Below are positions 25,271 through 36,662 of a stretch of DNA of 64,000 bases, piece by piece. Origin of the DNA: Harriotta raleighana (taxonomy: Eukaryota); contig JBNZDD010013683.1 of NCBI GenBank assembly GCA_050575255.1, positions 1,524,191 through 1,588,190 of the forward strand. The letters are read 5' to 3'. A program made the translations under genes and the position numbers. Positions within the stretch are counted from its first letter, which is position 1; every line of letters starts with the position of its first letter. The notes under the pieces were generated by a model that was not told where the DNA came from, did no database searches, and saw nothing but the letters and a program-made list of their open reading frames with translations.

Positions 25271-25874
25271 TATAACTGATCAGAGTGAATTGAATCTGGC
25301 TTGAGCCATTGTTTTGTTTCCTACAGGAGATCTGATCACAGCTGCTTGTGAAGTCAAAGTCACTCCTTTTTCTGCTTTTAACTAAAAGGTAATTTCTCCT
25401 TCTGATCTCGTTCTCATTACCTAGCAACTCATTACGTATTGCTTCACCCATCTTAAGTTTATTAGCTCCTTTTGCAATGAACTTGCTTTGGGGCTTGGCA
25501 TCTATATGGAGTAGGAGATTGCTTAAATTGTGGCATACCATGCCCATTGAGCAGTGAAGGTGGAAAGTCTTTACTCATCACCACTTAATGATTAGTGTCA
25601 CTGCTGTCCATGTAAAATATTGGACAATTATGCCCTTACAGCCTTCAGTACTCAAATGTTAATGTGTTCCGTTTGATGACAGCTTCATTGCAATTCACTG
25701 TAGGAGGCGAGAATCACAGTGAGCGCTAGTGTGGCAGCTGCACGTCAGTCACTAAGATAACAAAGGTTTTTTTTTGCAGTTTGATAAACAAAAATGTGCG
25801 ACAAGTTTATTTCATCTACAAGAACTCACCATCTTTACTGTCAACTCAGGCAAAGAAAGTATCAGGCCTCAGCT

Positions 25875-25955
25875 GATAATAATACTTGCATTTAATACAG
25901 CGCCTTATCAAGTCGTTGAGAGGCCTCAAATCACTTTACAGAATATATTGTGGAG
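25875..25955 (-). mobile_element. SINE/L2-type tail fragment
   Basis: ataataatacttgcatttaatacagcgccttatcaag...cactttacagaatata. Confidence 0.55.
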
Positions 25956-28156
25956 TGACTGTGCTGCATTAGTATCTGCATGCAGAAAGATTTTAGCATG
26001 ACAAATGTTTTAAACAGCAGAGAGGGTGGCATGTTTGTATGTTTTAGAGACTTCACTCTCATGAAAACATTTCCAAATGAGCTGCGTGAGATCAGCTCAG
26101 AAAAGAACATGTCAATTTTGAGATCCTTACAAATACCACCAGTAGATAATGTTTCCTGCTCACTTCCTTGCTTGGGCATTCATTGTATCATTGTTCAAAT
26201 CATAAACACTTACTTACTCAGCCTTTCAATTTCAACTAATTCACTGTCACCCTGGGAGATTCAGCAAGCATTTCACATAAAGCAAGCTCTTTTTTTAACA
26301 TGGGTTCTGTAGCCTTACCTTCCATGACTAGCGTCAGGGTCTTTACCAGTAGATAAACCAAACGATCAGCAAAGAGATTTGTCCTCACACTTGAACTGGG
26401 ATATTAATGTACAGTACTTGCAGACACTACCATCCAATTCCTCCTATCATGGTTAGAAATATCTTATTCAGAACAAAACTCGCTTATTTTCTTTCTTCGG
26501 GAGCACGGGCTAGTTTCCATTTTCTGCAGTGACATTTTACTTTCTTTTTAAATATATAAATTAACCATTTGAGGCTGACAACAATGTATCTGCATGAGTA
26601 GAACATTTGCATATTTCAACGTACTCATTATATTGGAAACGAAGAAATCATCCCCGGTTGAATGCATTTTTCGTAACTATTATCAGTGACATGTTCCCTA
26701 TACATAAACACATGTACTCTTACATTCTGTGGGATCATCACAAAATTGGATGGCAGAACGTGGTAATTATTTTCTCATTTGTTTAGCACAATTCATTACG
26801 ATTCTTCATACTCAGCAGCATATTAAGCTCCCCTTTCACCAACTCGTAGAAAGTAAATTATTGAGGCACATTTACATTTGCCATACACTCAAAAGTGGTA
26901 TGTTTGCAATGTAGAAGAGAAGGGAGGAGGGAAGAGAGTCAAGGCAGATATATTCTGATATTCGAATATTTGTGTCTTGTCCGCTATCCTGTATTGTGGA
27001 TAGTTCGTGGTGTTTAGGTTTACAGAACTTACCTTTGTCTTATTCCCCTTTTTTAATCATGCCAGAATTAGAGCCTTTTGGGCCAACAATTACATAATAG
27101 TTTATTTGTTTAGTAGTAAATTGGCTGCCATGTTCAGCTACAAAAATACACAGTCACCACAGCATGATTTTGTTTTCTTTCTGGGTATACTTTGTCTACA
27201 AAATATGCAATCGCTAAAAATTGCAGTAAATCCTTTGAGATGTCCTCTCGACATTTCAATTGAATGTACAGTTTTGGAAAAAATGAAGCCTAATATCTTT
27301 ACTGTATTTGGTAAACCCAAGTTTACTTCTGCGGTTTGAATATTTGACCCCGTTTTGCCAGCACCTCGTGAGCCTAGCATTAGCATGTCTTCATATCACT
27401 GGCAATGAATATAAATTAACAGTGAATGTACTGAAATATCCAAATCCCTGAATGTGAATTGTTTGAGTATATTCCAGTAGTATTCTGAAATAGCCTGATT
27501 AAGTATCTCCATACACAGAGAAGCAGCTCCAATATTCTGTATCTTGTATAAATGAGCTCACAAAATTTCTAGAACACCACAGGAAATATTGTAATTACAC
27601 ATTAATGCTCTGCTGATCAGACATGTTTGATTCTTGGCTGCTTCGGACTAGGTTTATAATGAGGAGCGAGTGAATTTCAATATAGATACTCCAAGGGAGA
27701 TTCATCCCTCCTATGCCCTGGTTTCTTCTTCTTTATGGTTTAAACGTTTTATATGATAGTTTCAATATGTTTCAAAGGTAAAAGCAATTGGTACTCCAAA
27801 ATCCACCAAAAACACCAGGAGTTTTATGATTGGCCTTGTCATTGGTTTGCATTTAGGTGGCCTTGTAGACCAATCCTAGAGAGACGGATTTTAACACAAA
27901 CGTGACAGATGAATGATGGCCCAGTCGATGGTGTGGTGCTCCCTTGCCTGCCTATGGAACGCCACAGATTGTAGTGTTCGTATTGGAGTCAAATAATCTT
28001 TCTACCTCTTCTTCTGTCCGCTAACACTGACTGGTGGAGCTCAATTCGGAATATAGTAGTTGCTTTTACAACTATAGGCCAGAAAAACTAACCCAGGCTG
28101 CTCACATGGCTTATTACAATAGAACACTCCCAAGATCAATTTTGCACTTTAACATA

Positions 28157-28335
28157 TCAATCAATCAATCAAAATTTTATTTATATAGCGCCTTTCACGT
28201 CGGGAGGACGTCCCAAAGCGCTGTACAGCCAAGTAGTGGGGGGAGGGCTCAGGGAAAGGAGTAGGAAAAATTGACTGTATATTTGTGGGCGAAACGCGGC
28301 AGCCAAATTGCGCACAACAGTGTCCCACAAACACA
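28157..28335 (-). mobile_element. Young SINE Deu body joined to an L2-type 3' end with (GATT)n tail
   Basis: Minus strand reads tgtttgtgggacactgttgtgcgcaatttggctgccgcgtttcgcccacaaatatacagtcaa, then a C-rich segment, then agcgctttgggacgtcctcccgacgtgaaaggcgctatataaataaaattttgattgattgattga; CpGs are intact. Confidence 0.8.
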
Positions 28336-28339
28336 CACA

Positions 28340-28715
28340 GAAATGGAGGGGGAAAAGGGGGGGAAAAATAGCAAGTGGGAGAAATGGAGGGAAAAGCGGG
28401 GTGGGGTAAAATCAGGGAAGAAAGGGGGGGGAGAAAGGGGGACAAGGGGGAAATCAGGAAGGGCAAAGAGGGAGAAATGTTGGTAAGGGGGAAGAGGGAG
28501 GGAAGGGTGGGTAGGAGGCAACACCAGGGAGAAAGGGGGGGAAGAGGGAGGAAAGGGAGAGGGAAGGAGAAGAATAAAAAGGGGGAAAAATCGGGGCAGG
28601 GGGAGTTTAAACAACAACAAACAACATCAACAATAATAAACAAAAAAGTAAGTAACAATCAACAATAATAAACACAACAACAATATATCTAACTCAAAAC
28701 ACCCACACAAAAACA
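28340..28715. repeat. Low-complexity tract: G/A-rich then A/C-rich
   Basis: 28340-28605 is almost purely purine with G and A runs; 28610-28715 is nearly devoid of G. Confidence 0.85.
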
Positions 28716-28816
28716 CAGTCACTATACTTTACAGTGTATCCCACGAAGCGCTTTCAGGCATGCTCGACAACCTGATAAGGCGCTATATCAAATGCAAGGG
28801 TTGTTATTTGTTATTA
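28716..28816 (+). mobile_element. SINE 3' tail
   Basis: cagtcactatactttacagtgtatcccacgaagcgcttt...gataaggcgctatatcaaatgcaagggttgttatt. Confidence 0.8.
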
Positions 28817-28856
28817 CAGTATTGTTAAGTATCTGACAATGGTCGAATGGTCTGCA

Positions 28857-29319
28857 AACAGTCAGGACAGGAGATACCAAATGAAGCCAGAGAATCAGAA
28901 ATGTGCAACTCAGGTGATCCCCCACAATGCTGGGCAGTTAAACAAGATAAGGAAGTTTATTTTGGCATCCTGGACAACTTACATTGGTCTTTCATTTCAC
29001 AGCAGTTTATGCAGTGTGTGCAGTTAGCTGCCACAATTGTCTACAAACTACAGTTCCAGTGAATGCTTTTAAGCTCTTTGAGANAACAGTCAGGACAGGA
29101 GATACCAAATGAAGCCAGAGAATCAGAAATGTGCAACTCAGGTGATCCCCCACAATGCTGGGCAGTTAAACAAGATAAGGAAGTTTATTTTGGCATCCTG
29201 GACAACTTACATTGGTCTTTCATTTCACAGCAGTTTATGGGACACAGCTGTGTGTGCAGTTAGCTGCCTCAATTGTCTACAAACTACAGTTCCAGTGAAT
29301 GCTTTTAAGCTCTTTGAGA
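28857..29319. repeat. ~230-bp tandem duplication around N at 29084 (probable uncollapsed haplotype/contig overlap)
   Basis: 28857-29083 and 29085-29319 are near-identical, with a net 8-bp indel and a nearby substitution, separated by one N. Confidence 0.85.
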
Positions 29320-30669
29320 CATCCACCTGACATATTAAATGGCCAAACTGTTTATTTGTTAACTAAGGTATTGTAGACCGTTTTCTTCATGCCAAAAATA
29401 AGACCCACAGGATGTTGACAAAAACCTTTCACTGCTGAACTCTTAAAATTCCTTCATTAACCGCCCTGCCGTTCCAAAGTAATTTGGGGCCTTATTTTTC
29501 CTGACATTAGTTTATAAATCCAATAACGGCTTTTATTCCCAATAGATAAAGAATAGAAAATACAACTTTGTACAAGGAAAAGGGTTAATAAATAAGATCA
29601 ATCATTTACATCAATCCATCGAAAGAGTTTATTGCATAGACTTCTGCAATTTATCACATTGTCACGATGAAATAATTGCTAGCAAATACATTAATGTTGC
29701 AAATAGATTATTATAATAATGACACAGGCCAATCAATGTATTTTATGCCAAGTCCATACCGGTGTAGCACTCAGTCATTAATATTTGAAAACTGTACCGG
29801 GCTGATGTTCCCTTTTTCATTTCTGGTGCTTCATCAACGAAACGTTCTGTCATTTACATTGATTCAAACCCTAGCTACAGTCAACGTGCTAACAATTTAT
29901 TAATATGGAAAACCGAGCTTATTCGAGTTATGAACTGTTTGCCTAATTAGTTTCTCAATAATTCAGCACACTAATTCAAATTGCTACTGAAATTCCCTGT
30001 GCAAGCACATCTCCCATATGGGAGACAAGCTGACAATAGAATCTATGATACTGATGTGTTTTTTTTTCTGGAGATGATGTTTTCTCTTGTACAATTTGGT
30101 TTAAAATATTTGCTGATGTTAGCAGTTAGTGTCCATAACTTGTATTTAAAGGGTGGGATTTTAAAACTAACAAGCTGGACAGAAGCAGAGTGCACTGTGC
30201 CTGATCCACATGGGTTTGTATCCTAAATTTGAAGTCTTTCTCTCTATCTTCTTTCCTGAGAGAATCCTGCAATCTGGTCCGCTATAACATTAAATAAATC
30301 AACTGATTTAGTGTGTTCCCTTTGCACCGGAAAATACATTTAAGAGTTTTATAACCCATTTCCCATTTCTTGCAAAGCAGGGTATTGAAAACCAAGTTGC
30401 AGTCAGCGTTTAGCTATTTAGATACTATATTACTGTTCAGCAATTGAACACGGAATTGCATATGTTATAACCGACACAACGGTTATATCTTTTACGTCCA
30501 TTTTTCTCACTGTTGACACCACCAATTAGTTAACAAAGAATTGCATCTATTTTTGAGAAAATGTGAATCACTGAGGCTGCTAGCCTCATACCAGCTCTTG
30601 CTCGATCTTTCATTAATCAGAGGGTAATTGACTCCGATTTGGAATCACCTTTCCTAAGTTAACGCTCTA

Positions 30670-30988
30670 ATGCTGTGCTGTGGGTGTATTGCATTGTTAG
30701 AGTACCATCTTTCAGATGATACATTAAACTAAGGTCCCGTCTCTCTGTTCAGGTGGACGTTAAAGATCTCATGCTCTTATTCGAAAAGAGAAGGCAGTTT
30801 TTCCCATCTCCTGGCGAACACATCCCCAAATCAAATTGTGAGATGCTGTTGTGAGTAAACCGAATGCCACATTTCTCCCACAAAATATACAGTCACAATC
30901 CACTTCACAGTATATCCGACAAAGAGCTTTAAAATATCTTATTAACCTGATAAAGCTCTACATCAAATGCAAGGATTATTATTCTTAT
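30670..30988 (+). mobile_element. DeuSINE-family element (Deu core plus L2-type tail)
   Basis: ccatctttcagatgatacattaaactaaggtcccgtctctctgttcaggtggacgttaaagatctcatg..tattcgaaaagag resembles the Deu domain of SacSINE1/AmnSINE1/SINE3; ends atcaaatgcaaggattattatt. Confidence 0.75.
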
Positions 30989-31270
30989 TGTAGAATGCGT
31001 GCCGGGCAATCCAAATATCTCATCTAAAACATTTGGATTGTGGTGCCAGTATATTGTGTCATGCCAGTGGGTTGAAGACTACGCAAGTTTGGAATCAACA
31101 AATATATATAATTCCCGCTGGGAGGATGTACAATGCAGATTTTTTAACAGCTTTTTGAATTGCCTTGAACAATGCTATGGGGTAAAATACAGTAAAATAT
31201 CAGATAACAAAATAATGCGCACCCCCAATGAAATCGAATTGCTGATTTCCAAAAATGGGGATTGCCTTTG

Positions 31271-31858
31271 TTCAATGAGTAAAATGCTCTAAGCAATCAA
31301 ATTGCATTTCTTCATTTCTTCAGTTATTTAAATTTAAGAAGTGGTGCATCAAACCCAAACATATTGTCGCAGAAGATTTACTCATTCATGTCAATAAAAG
31401 TCAGAAAATAATCCAATATGAATTTATGACAAATGCTCTTGAGACTGGATGAAAGTTTTTTGCTTCCAGTGTTCTGAAGCAAGGAATATTGTGCGCTGGG
31501 ACGGGGATGAAGGACTCTACTCTTGTTTCATTAGCGTTTCTTTGCTATCAGTAATGTTGAGACTTAAGCATATATAGTACACACAATATATTTTAATTAT
31601 TTGAGGATAATTACCTTGAGCGTACACTTTACTAAAGCTTTGTTTAGTATTTACTATATGTGTTTGTGCCACTAGGGGATAAGATTAGTTAATTTTTTGT
31701 AAAAAAAAATGTCTCACAGCATTGTTCATGAAGAAGGTTTCAAGAGTATTAACTTCTATCTGTATTAGCCACCAAAAGTATGCACCTCTGGTAAGTTTTA
31801 GTGACTGAAGAAATGAAGAAATGCAATTTGATTGCTTAGAGCATTTTACTAATTAGAA
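31271..31858. repeat. Long inverted repeat: perfect 47-bp core (31278-31324 / 31804-31850) with imperfect extensions to ~80 bp per arm
   Basis: agtaaaatgctctaagcaatcaaattgcatttcttcatttcttcagt is the exact reverse complement of actgaagaaatgaagaaatgcaatttgattgcttagagcattttact. Confidence 0.95.
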
Positions 31859-32684
31859 ATTTTCTTATGAAAAAATAAAAAGCAAATCACCCTCAAGAAT
31901 AAGGTTTGTTGAAGAGTTCAGATTTAACTCGAGCAGCTAGACTTTATTGTTAAACCAAGTGAGATTCCAGGTGGTTTAAAACGCAAGTGAAGACTCAAAT
32001 CCTACCAACGCTTTTAATATTGCTTTAACCCATGTCACCGGGTAATATATCAAGCACGTCAATCACACCAATGCAACCTCACCCAATCTATGACCAGCAA
32101 TAAATTTTGGGTAAGATACATGTTCGGACCGGAAAGCTCTCGTGTATTGAGGGAGACAGTGTTTTTTTTAGGTTTCCTTTCCGATTAATAAATACCAAAT
32201 CAAAATGAGCAAGCGCTCAAAGAAGACAGTTGCATTCAGTCCAATAATAAAACTCGGCAGAATCCTGTGGCAGAAGGAAATGTTCCAATGGGCAAAGATG
32301 CTTCGAAAGTCAGGGGTAAAATATTCTGAAGGAGAAAACTAAATCCTGAGATGATCACAATAGCACTGAATATAGAACGTCTCTCTAATCTAAGGGCTGC
32401 TCAGCGTTCAAGTGTTTGACTCTAACTGTCAAACAGAAAGTGATAGATTTTCTTTCTAAGGCTAGTCTGTCACTCACTGGCATTGGTTGAGTGAGTCTCA
32501 TCAGATCCCTACCAGGCTGGTAGTCAGAGCCGCAACGAAGCATTACCTCTTTGGATAAAGTAATAACAAATGGTTGCACAGGAGTCAGGCCTCCGCTGGA
32601 ATGACATTGAGAATAGTCACACCCTTCATCCATTTGTTTCTTTTCAGGAAAAAAAGAATGTAAACTGATGAAAGGAGTTGTGGA

Positions 32685-32755
32685 GTGTGTGTATCTGTGT
32701 GTATCTGTGTGTGTGTGTGTGTGTCCGGGGTGGGGGGGAGGGGGTTGGAGGGGAA
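32685..32755. repeat. (GT)n microsatellite followed by G-runs
   Basis: gtgtgtgtatctgtgtgtatctgtgtgtgtgtgtgtgtgt then ggggtgggggggagggggttggagggg. Confidence 0.85.
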
Positions 32756-33264
32756 GCAGTGGGAAAAAAGTGTAATAAAATGTTGACTGGGAAACTAATT
32801 CAAATCTTAAATGATAACACAAAATATGCTTCCACCAAATATATTAAGAAGCAGCATACATTGCTGCTATTTTGTATAGTGTTTCCTAACTTTACTCAAT
32901 TATTTTATATGGATGTTTTCTTCAAAACCTCAATGTTCAATGACTGCCCCTTAAGGCGTTCGACCTTATAAGGCTCCATTTGAAGAAGAAAATTTGGCAT
33001 GGGTTACAGAGAGATTTGTTTTCATTCTTAATGTTTAGGGACAGATAGTTATTTGCCAATTAGAAGTTGAATCACAATAGAAGGATTGTGATATTTATGA
33101 TATTACGCTCAGATTTCCCTTGACAAGTAATAAACGTCTGATTGGCATGTGGTTTCTTAACCAGCAACTTACAGAAAAAAGTTGTTAATATGAATTAAAA
33201 TATGACTCTGAGGGATACTACTGTACTTAGAATTGTCTAATTAGGAACAATTTTTTTTGTTGTA

Positions 33265-33555
33265 GTTGTACTTTATAGCATCTTATCATGTCAAAATATC
33301 GTAAAGCCCTTCACAAATAATGACTATCAAGTGTATTGCTTCCATTTTATAAACAAACACCCAAAGTTATTTACACCAGCAATGTCCCACAAGGCTAAGG
33401 AGGCATATGAAGGATTGTTGGTAGGATGTTGGTTGAAAATCTCTTCATCCGAATAATGTCACTGGATCTGTAATATCCATCTGAACAGGCACACTGAACC
33501 TTGGTTTAGTCTCTCGTCCAAAAGACAACACCACCAACAACACAGTGCTTTTTCG
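33265..33555 (-). mobile_element. Old DeuSINE
   Basis: gaataatgtcactggatctgtaatatccatctgaacagg...ttggtttagtctctcgtccaaaagacaacacc is the reverse complement of the Deu core; tail remnant near 33265-33315. Confidence 0.6.
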
Positions 33556-34514
33556 GTAATGTGCAGGAGGAATAGGAGCTCAATGAGTAGAGTTCACAGC
33601 AGAGCACAAGATATCTAAGTTCTAGATATAGACCTTCACAAATACATTTTCCTTTTCATATCAACAACTTCCATTCCTGTTCGAATGAAGATGGAAGACT
33701 TAAATTCCAGAACAAAATCATGAAGAATCTCAGAACGCGCACTGGCACGAAAGTAGCTCCAGCTTCAACTGGGCAGTTTCCAACATAAATAAGTCATTTG
33801 CTCGAGCCCTGCACAATATGAATCCTAAAGAGGTTTAAACCAGAGAATTCTACATTAGGTTGCAGCAGCTGTCATATAATTCTTGTCGAGCTACGGCATA
33901 TCTTAACAATATTAGAAGTGAAAGGCTATTACACATTCTGTATCTTCTATTTGCATTAGGAACACAAAATGCAGTTTTCTTAATACAGTACACTGTCACA
34001 TTTTTAATGGATGAGGCCTTTTGGCAAACCATATGCCTCTAGGTATTGCATACAATGAAATTGACAGCACATTACTCTCTTCCTCCACATACACGTATAT
34101 ATGTGTGTTTCTATTGAAATGCACAAAAGCAGGAATAGTGCCCTGTTAACTCTTGACCTTGCAAGAAATGCACTCAAGACAAAAGAGTTTAATGTCTTGT
34201 TTACTATTTCCTGCATTCCTGGTTCACTGCTTGGTGCAAACCGCAATCTGGCATAAAATCAAATTAAAGTTTTTATCATCTGATTCCACGACGAGCCAAA
34301 TGGCTTCCTTTGGTGCCGTAAATATTCTCTGATTCCAGTCTGTGATGTATTCAGTTTCTTCGAAGCATGATTTGTGATGCCAAGGCTCCTGAATTACAGA
34401 GTGCTGCTTAGAGTGCATCTACCCTACATCTCTTACATCTATCAGTTTATATGGATAGCAGAGGTTTCAGTTAAATTGCCTTATGTACAATCATTTGGGG
34501 ATATGCAGTGCTCA

Positions 34515-34860
34515 GTGGGGAATTTATCACAATTGCGGTAACTTTGAGGTTTTGTGAAAGCGCTTTGTAAAACGCCAAACATTTCCTTCCAGACTCAAAA
34601 TTGTTATCAGTTGAGAATGGCCAAACCCCAAGGTTAACACTTAGGTCTCACTTACATTGCTAATCAGGATTTGCGTAAAACAATTGCGTGATCATTTTTA
34701 AAAATGGAATGTTTTCAGTATAAAAGGGCGAGTTTAGGTTTTGCATGTGCATGAGCTCTCCCCATTGCTTTCAATGAGTGTGAAAAATCCCAGTGCAGGC
34801 TCCCATCTCATCTTTGGTCAATGTAACTATCACAAAATTAAGCGCATTTTTCTGAGTTAA
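34515..34860. mobile_element. Possible old non-autonomous DNA transposon remnant
   Basis: Locally CpG-richer; begins ggggaatttatca and contains cccattgctttcaatg, a motif type I associate with palindromic MITE families of fishes and amphibians; no matching second TIR found. Confidence 0.25.
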
Positions 34861-35028
34861 GGGGTTGGAACTCACACCACCACCGGTCCAGCAACCTCAA
34901 GCGACACAAATACATTTGGAAGGCCAGTCAACAACTTGCTATCAGCGTAATAAGCCGTTTGCTGTAACCACATGTGTCTGTTCCAATCTCCATATTGCGA
35001 AAAAGAAGCTGACCCAACAGTATGACTG

Positions 35029-35758
35029 CATAGATTCATAGATTCATAGAAGTTTACGGCACAAAAGGAGGCCATTCGGCCCATCTAGTCTGTGCCGGCT
35101 CTTTGAAAAGAGCGATTTAATCCCACTGCCCTGCTCGCTCCCCATAGCCTAATAGACCTGTTCTCCCTAAATAAAGATCTAATTCCCTTTTAAAAGTTGT
35201 TATCGAATCAGCCTCCACCACCTTTTCAGGCAATGCATTCCAGATTCGAACAACTCGTTGAGTGAAAAAATTTCTCCTCAGCTCCCCTCTACTTCGCTTT
35301 GAAACTATTTTAAATCTGTGACCACGGGTCACAGATTCGCCCACGAGTGGAAATAGTTTTTCTCTATTTGCCCTGTCGAAACCCCTCATGATCTTATAAA
35401 CCTCTATTAGGTCTCCCCTCAATCTTCTCTGTTCTAGAGAGAATAACCCTAGCCTATCTAGCCTTTCCTCATAGGTGAAGTCCCTCAATCCTGGCACCAT
35501 CCTAGTAAATCTTCTTTGTACCCTTTCCAATGCCTTCACATCCTTTCTATAGTGTGGTGACCAGAATTGAACACAGTACTCCAGCTGAGGCCTCACCAAA
35601 GTTCTATAGAGGTTAGTCAGCACTTCCTGACTTTTGTACTCTATACCCCTATTTATAAAGCCTAGTATCCCATATGCCTTCTTAACAGCCTTGTCTACCT
35701 GACCTGCCACCTTCAACGAGTCACTAACACAAATCCCCAGGTCTCTCTGTTCTCTCAT
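35029..35758 (-). mobile_element. Young 5'-truncated CR1 LINE with uninterrupted ORF2 C-terminal 213 codons
   Basis: ORF 35117-35758 EQRDLG..LYRTLVRPQLEYCVQFWSPHYRKDVKALERVQRRFTRM..RRLRGDLIEVYKI..TRGHRFKI..FFTQRVVRIWNALP; 3'UTR hairpin ggccgaatggcc and 8-nt tail repeat (aatctatg)n. Confidence 0.97.
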
Positions 35759-36551
35759 TTGGGGATATGGGCATCACTGAGTCAACATTGGTTTTGGAAA
35801 CACAGTAGCATAGGAAATCAAACAATCCACCCATGTGCTCGGGACTCGAGTTACGAAGCCCTTTTGCAAAGCCATCAAATGTAATGTGTGGGTAGCTCAC
35901 CATGCCATCAGTTTTTAAACTTTACTTTTTCTATTTTCTATCAAAAACAATGCTGGATATTTGATGCAGAAGGAAGATAGGTGATGCTGAGTAGATCAGT
36001 ATGCAACTAGGTTTAATTTATAGCTGACTCAAGGCTCCCATAATAGTATTGTGTTTATTGATCTGTGGCCAGTGGAAGCAATGTTCTGTTGCAGCTCTCA
36101 GATGAAATACGAATTGTGAGTTGGAGGCAAAACAAAATCTAAGCAAACGATGAACCAATTTAAGAAAATGATTGTGTCAAAGCCAGTTGTGCAAGGAAAA
36201 ACTTAATTGTGTTCCAGGTCAGTGACTTATTTGTGCTAGGGTAGGGGAGCAGCAATTTTTACGAAGACATTGGAACTTTCTTAATGTACTTTACAGAAAC
36301 ATATTCTAGCTGACGTGAAGCCAGATTCTGTGTGACACAAGAGGCGTTCTCAAACCAGTTGTCTACAAAATCAAACCGTTATTTTCAAACCAGAGATTGA
36401 TTGAAATGTGCACATTAAAAACACACAAAAAGTAGCATTTTTTAATTCATTGACAAACAGTTGCGTGCAGTTAATACAACACTGCATTCCATGGGTCTCC
36501 ACACATTATGATTTATAAAGCCGTGAAGATTTAGTGTGAAGATTTAAATTT

Positions 36552-36662
36552 ATAATAATAATCCTTGCATTTGATATAGCGCCTTATCACATTGCTGTGA
36601 TGTCTCAAAGTGCTTCACACAATATACTGTAAAGTGGATTGCCTGTGTATTTTGTGGGCAAA
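36552..36662 (-). mobile_element. SINE 3' tail fragment
   Basis: ataataatccttgcatttgatatagcgccttatcac...tgtctcaaagtgcttcac..tatactgtaaagtg. Confidence 0.8.

Noticed and set aside
24978-25547. 189-aa minus-strand ORF
   Set aside because: Its C-terminal half is L2 ORF2 and 3'UTR; the N-terminal half is fortuitous read-through of flanking unique DNA.
28161-28668. Pro/Phe-rich and Gly/Lys/Arg-rich ORFs of 71-165 aa
   Set aside because: They are by-products of a stop-poor low-complexity purine tract of doubtful sequence quality.
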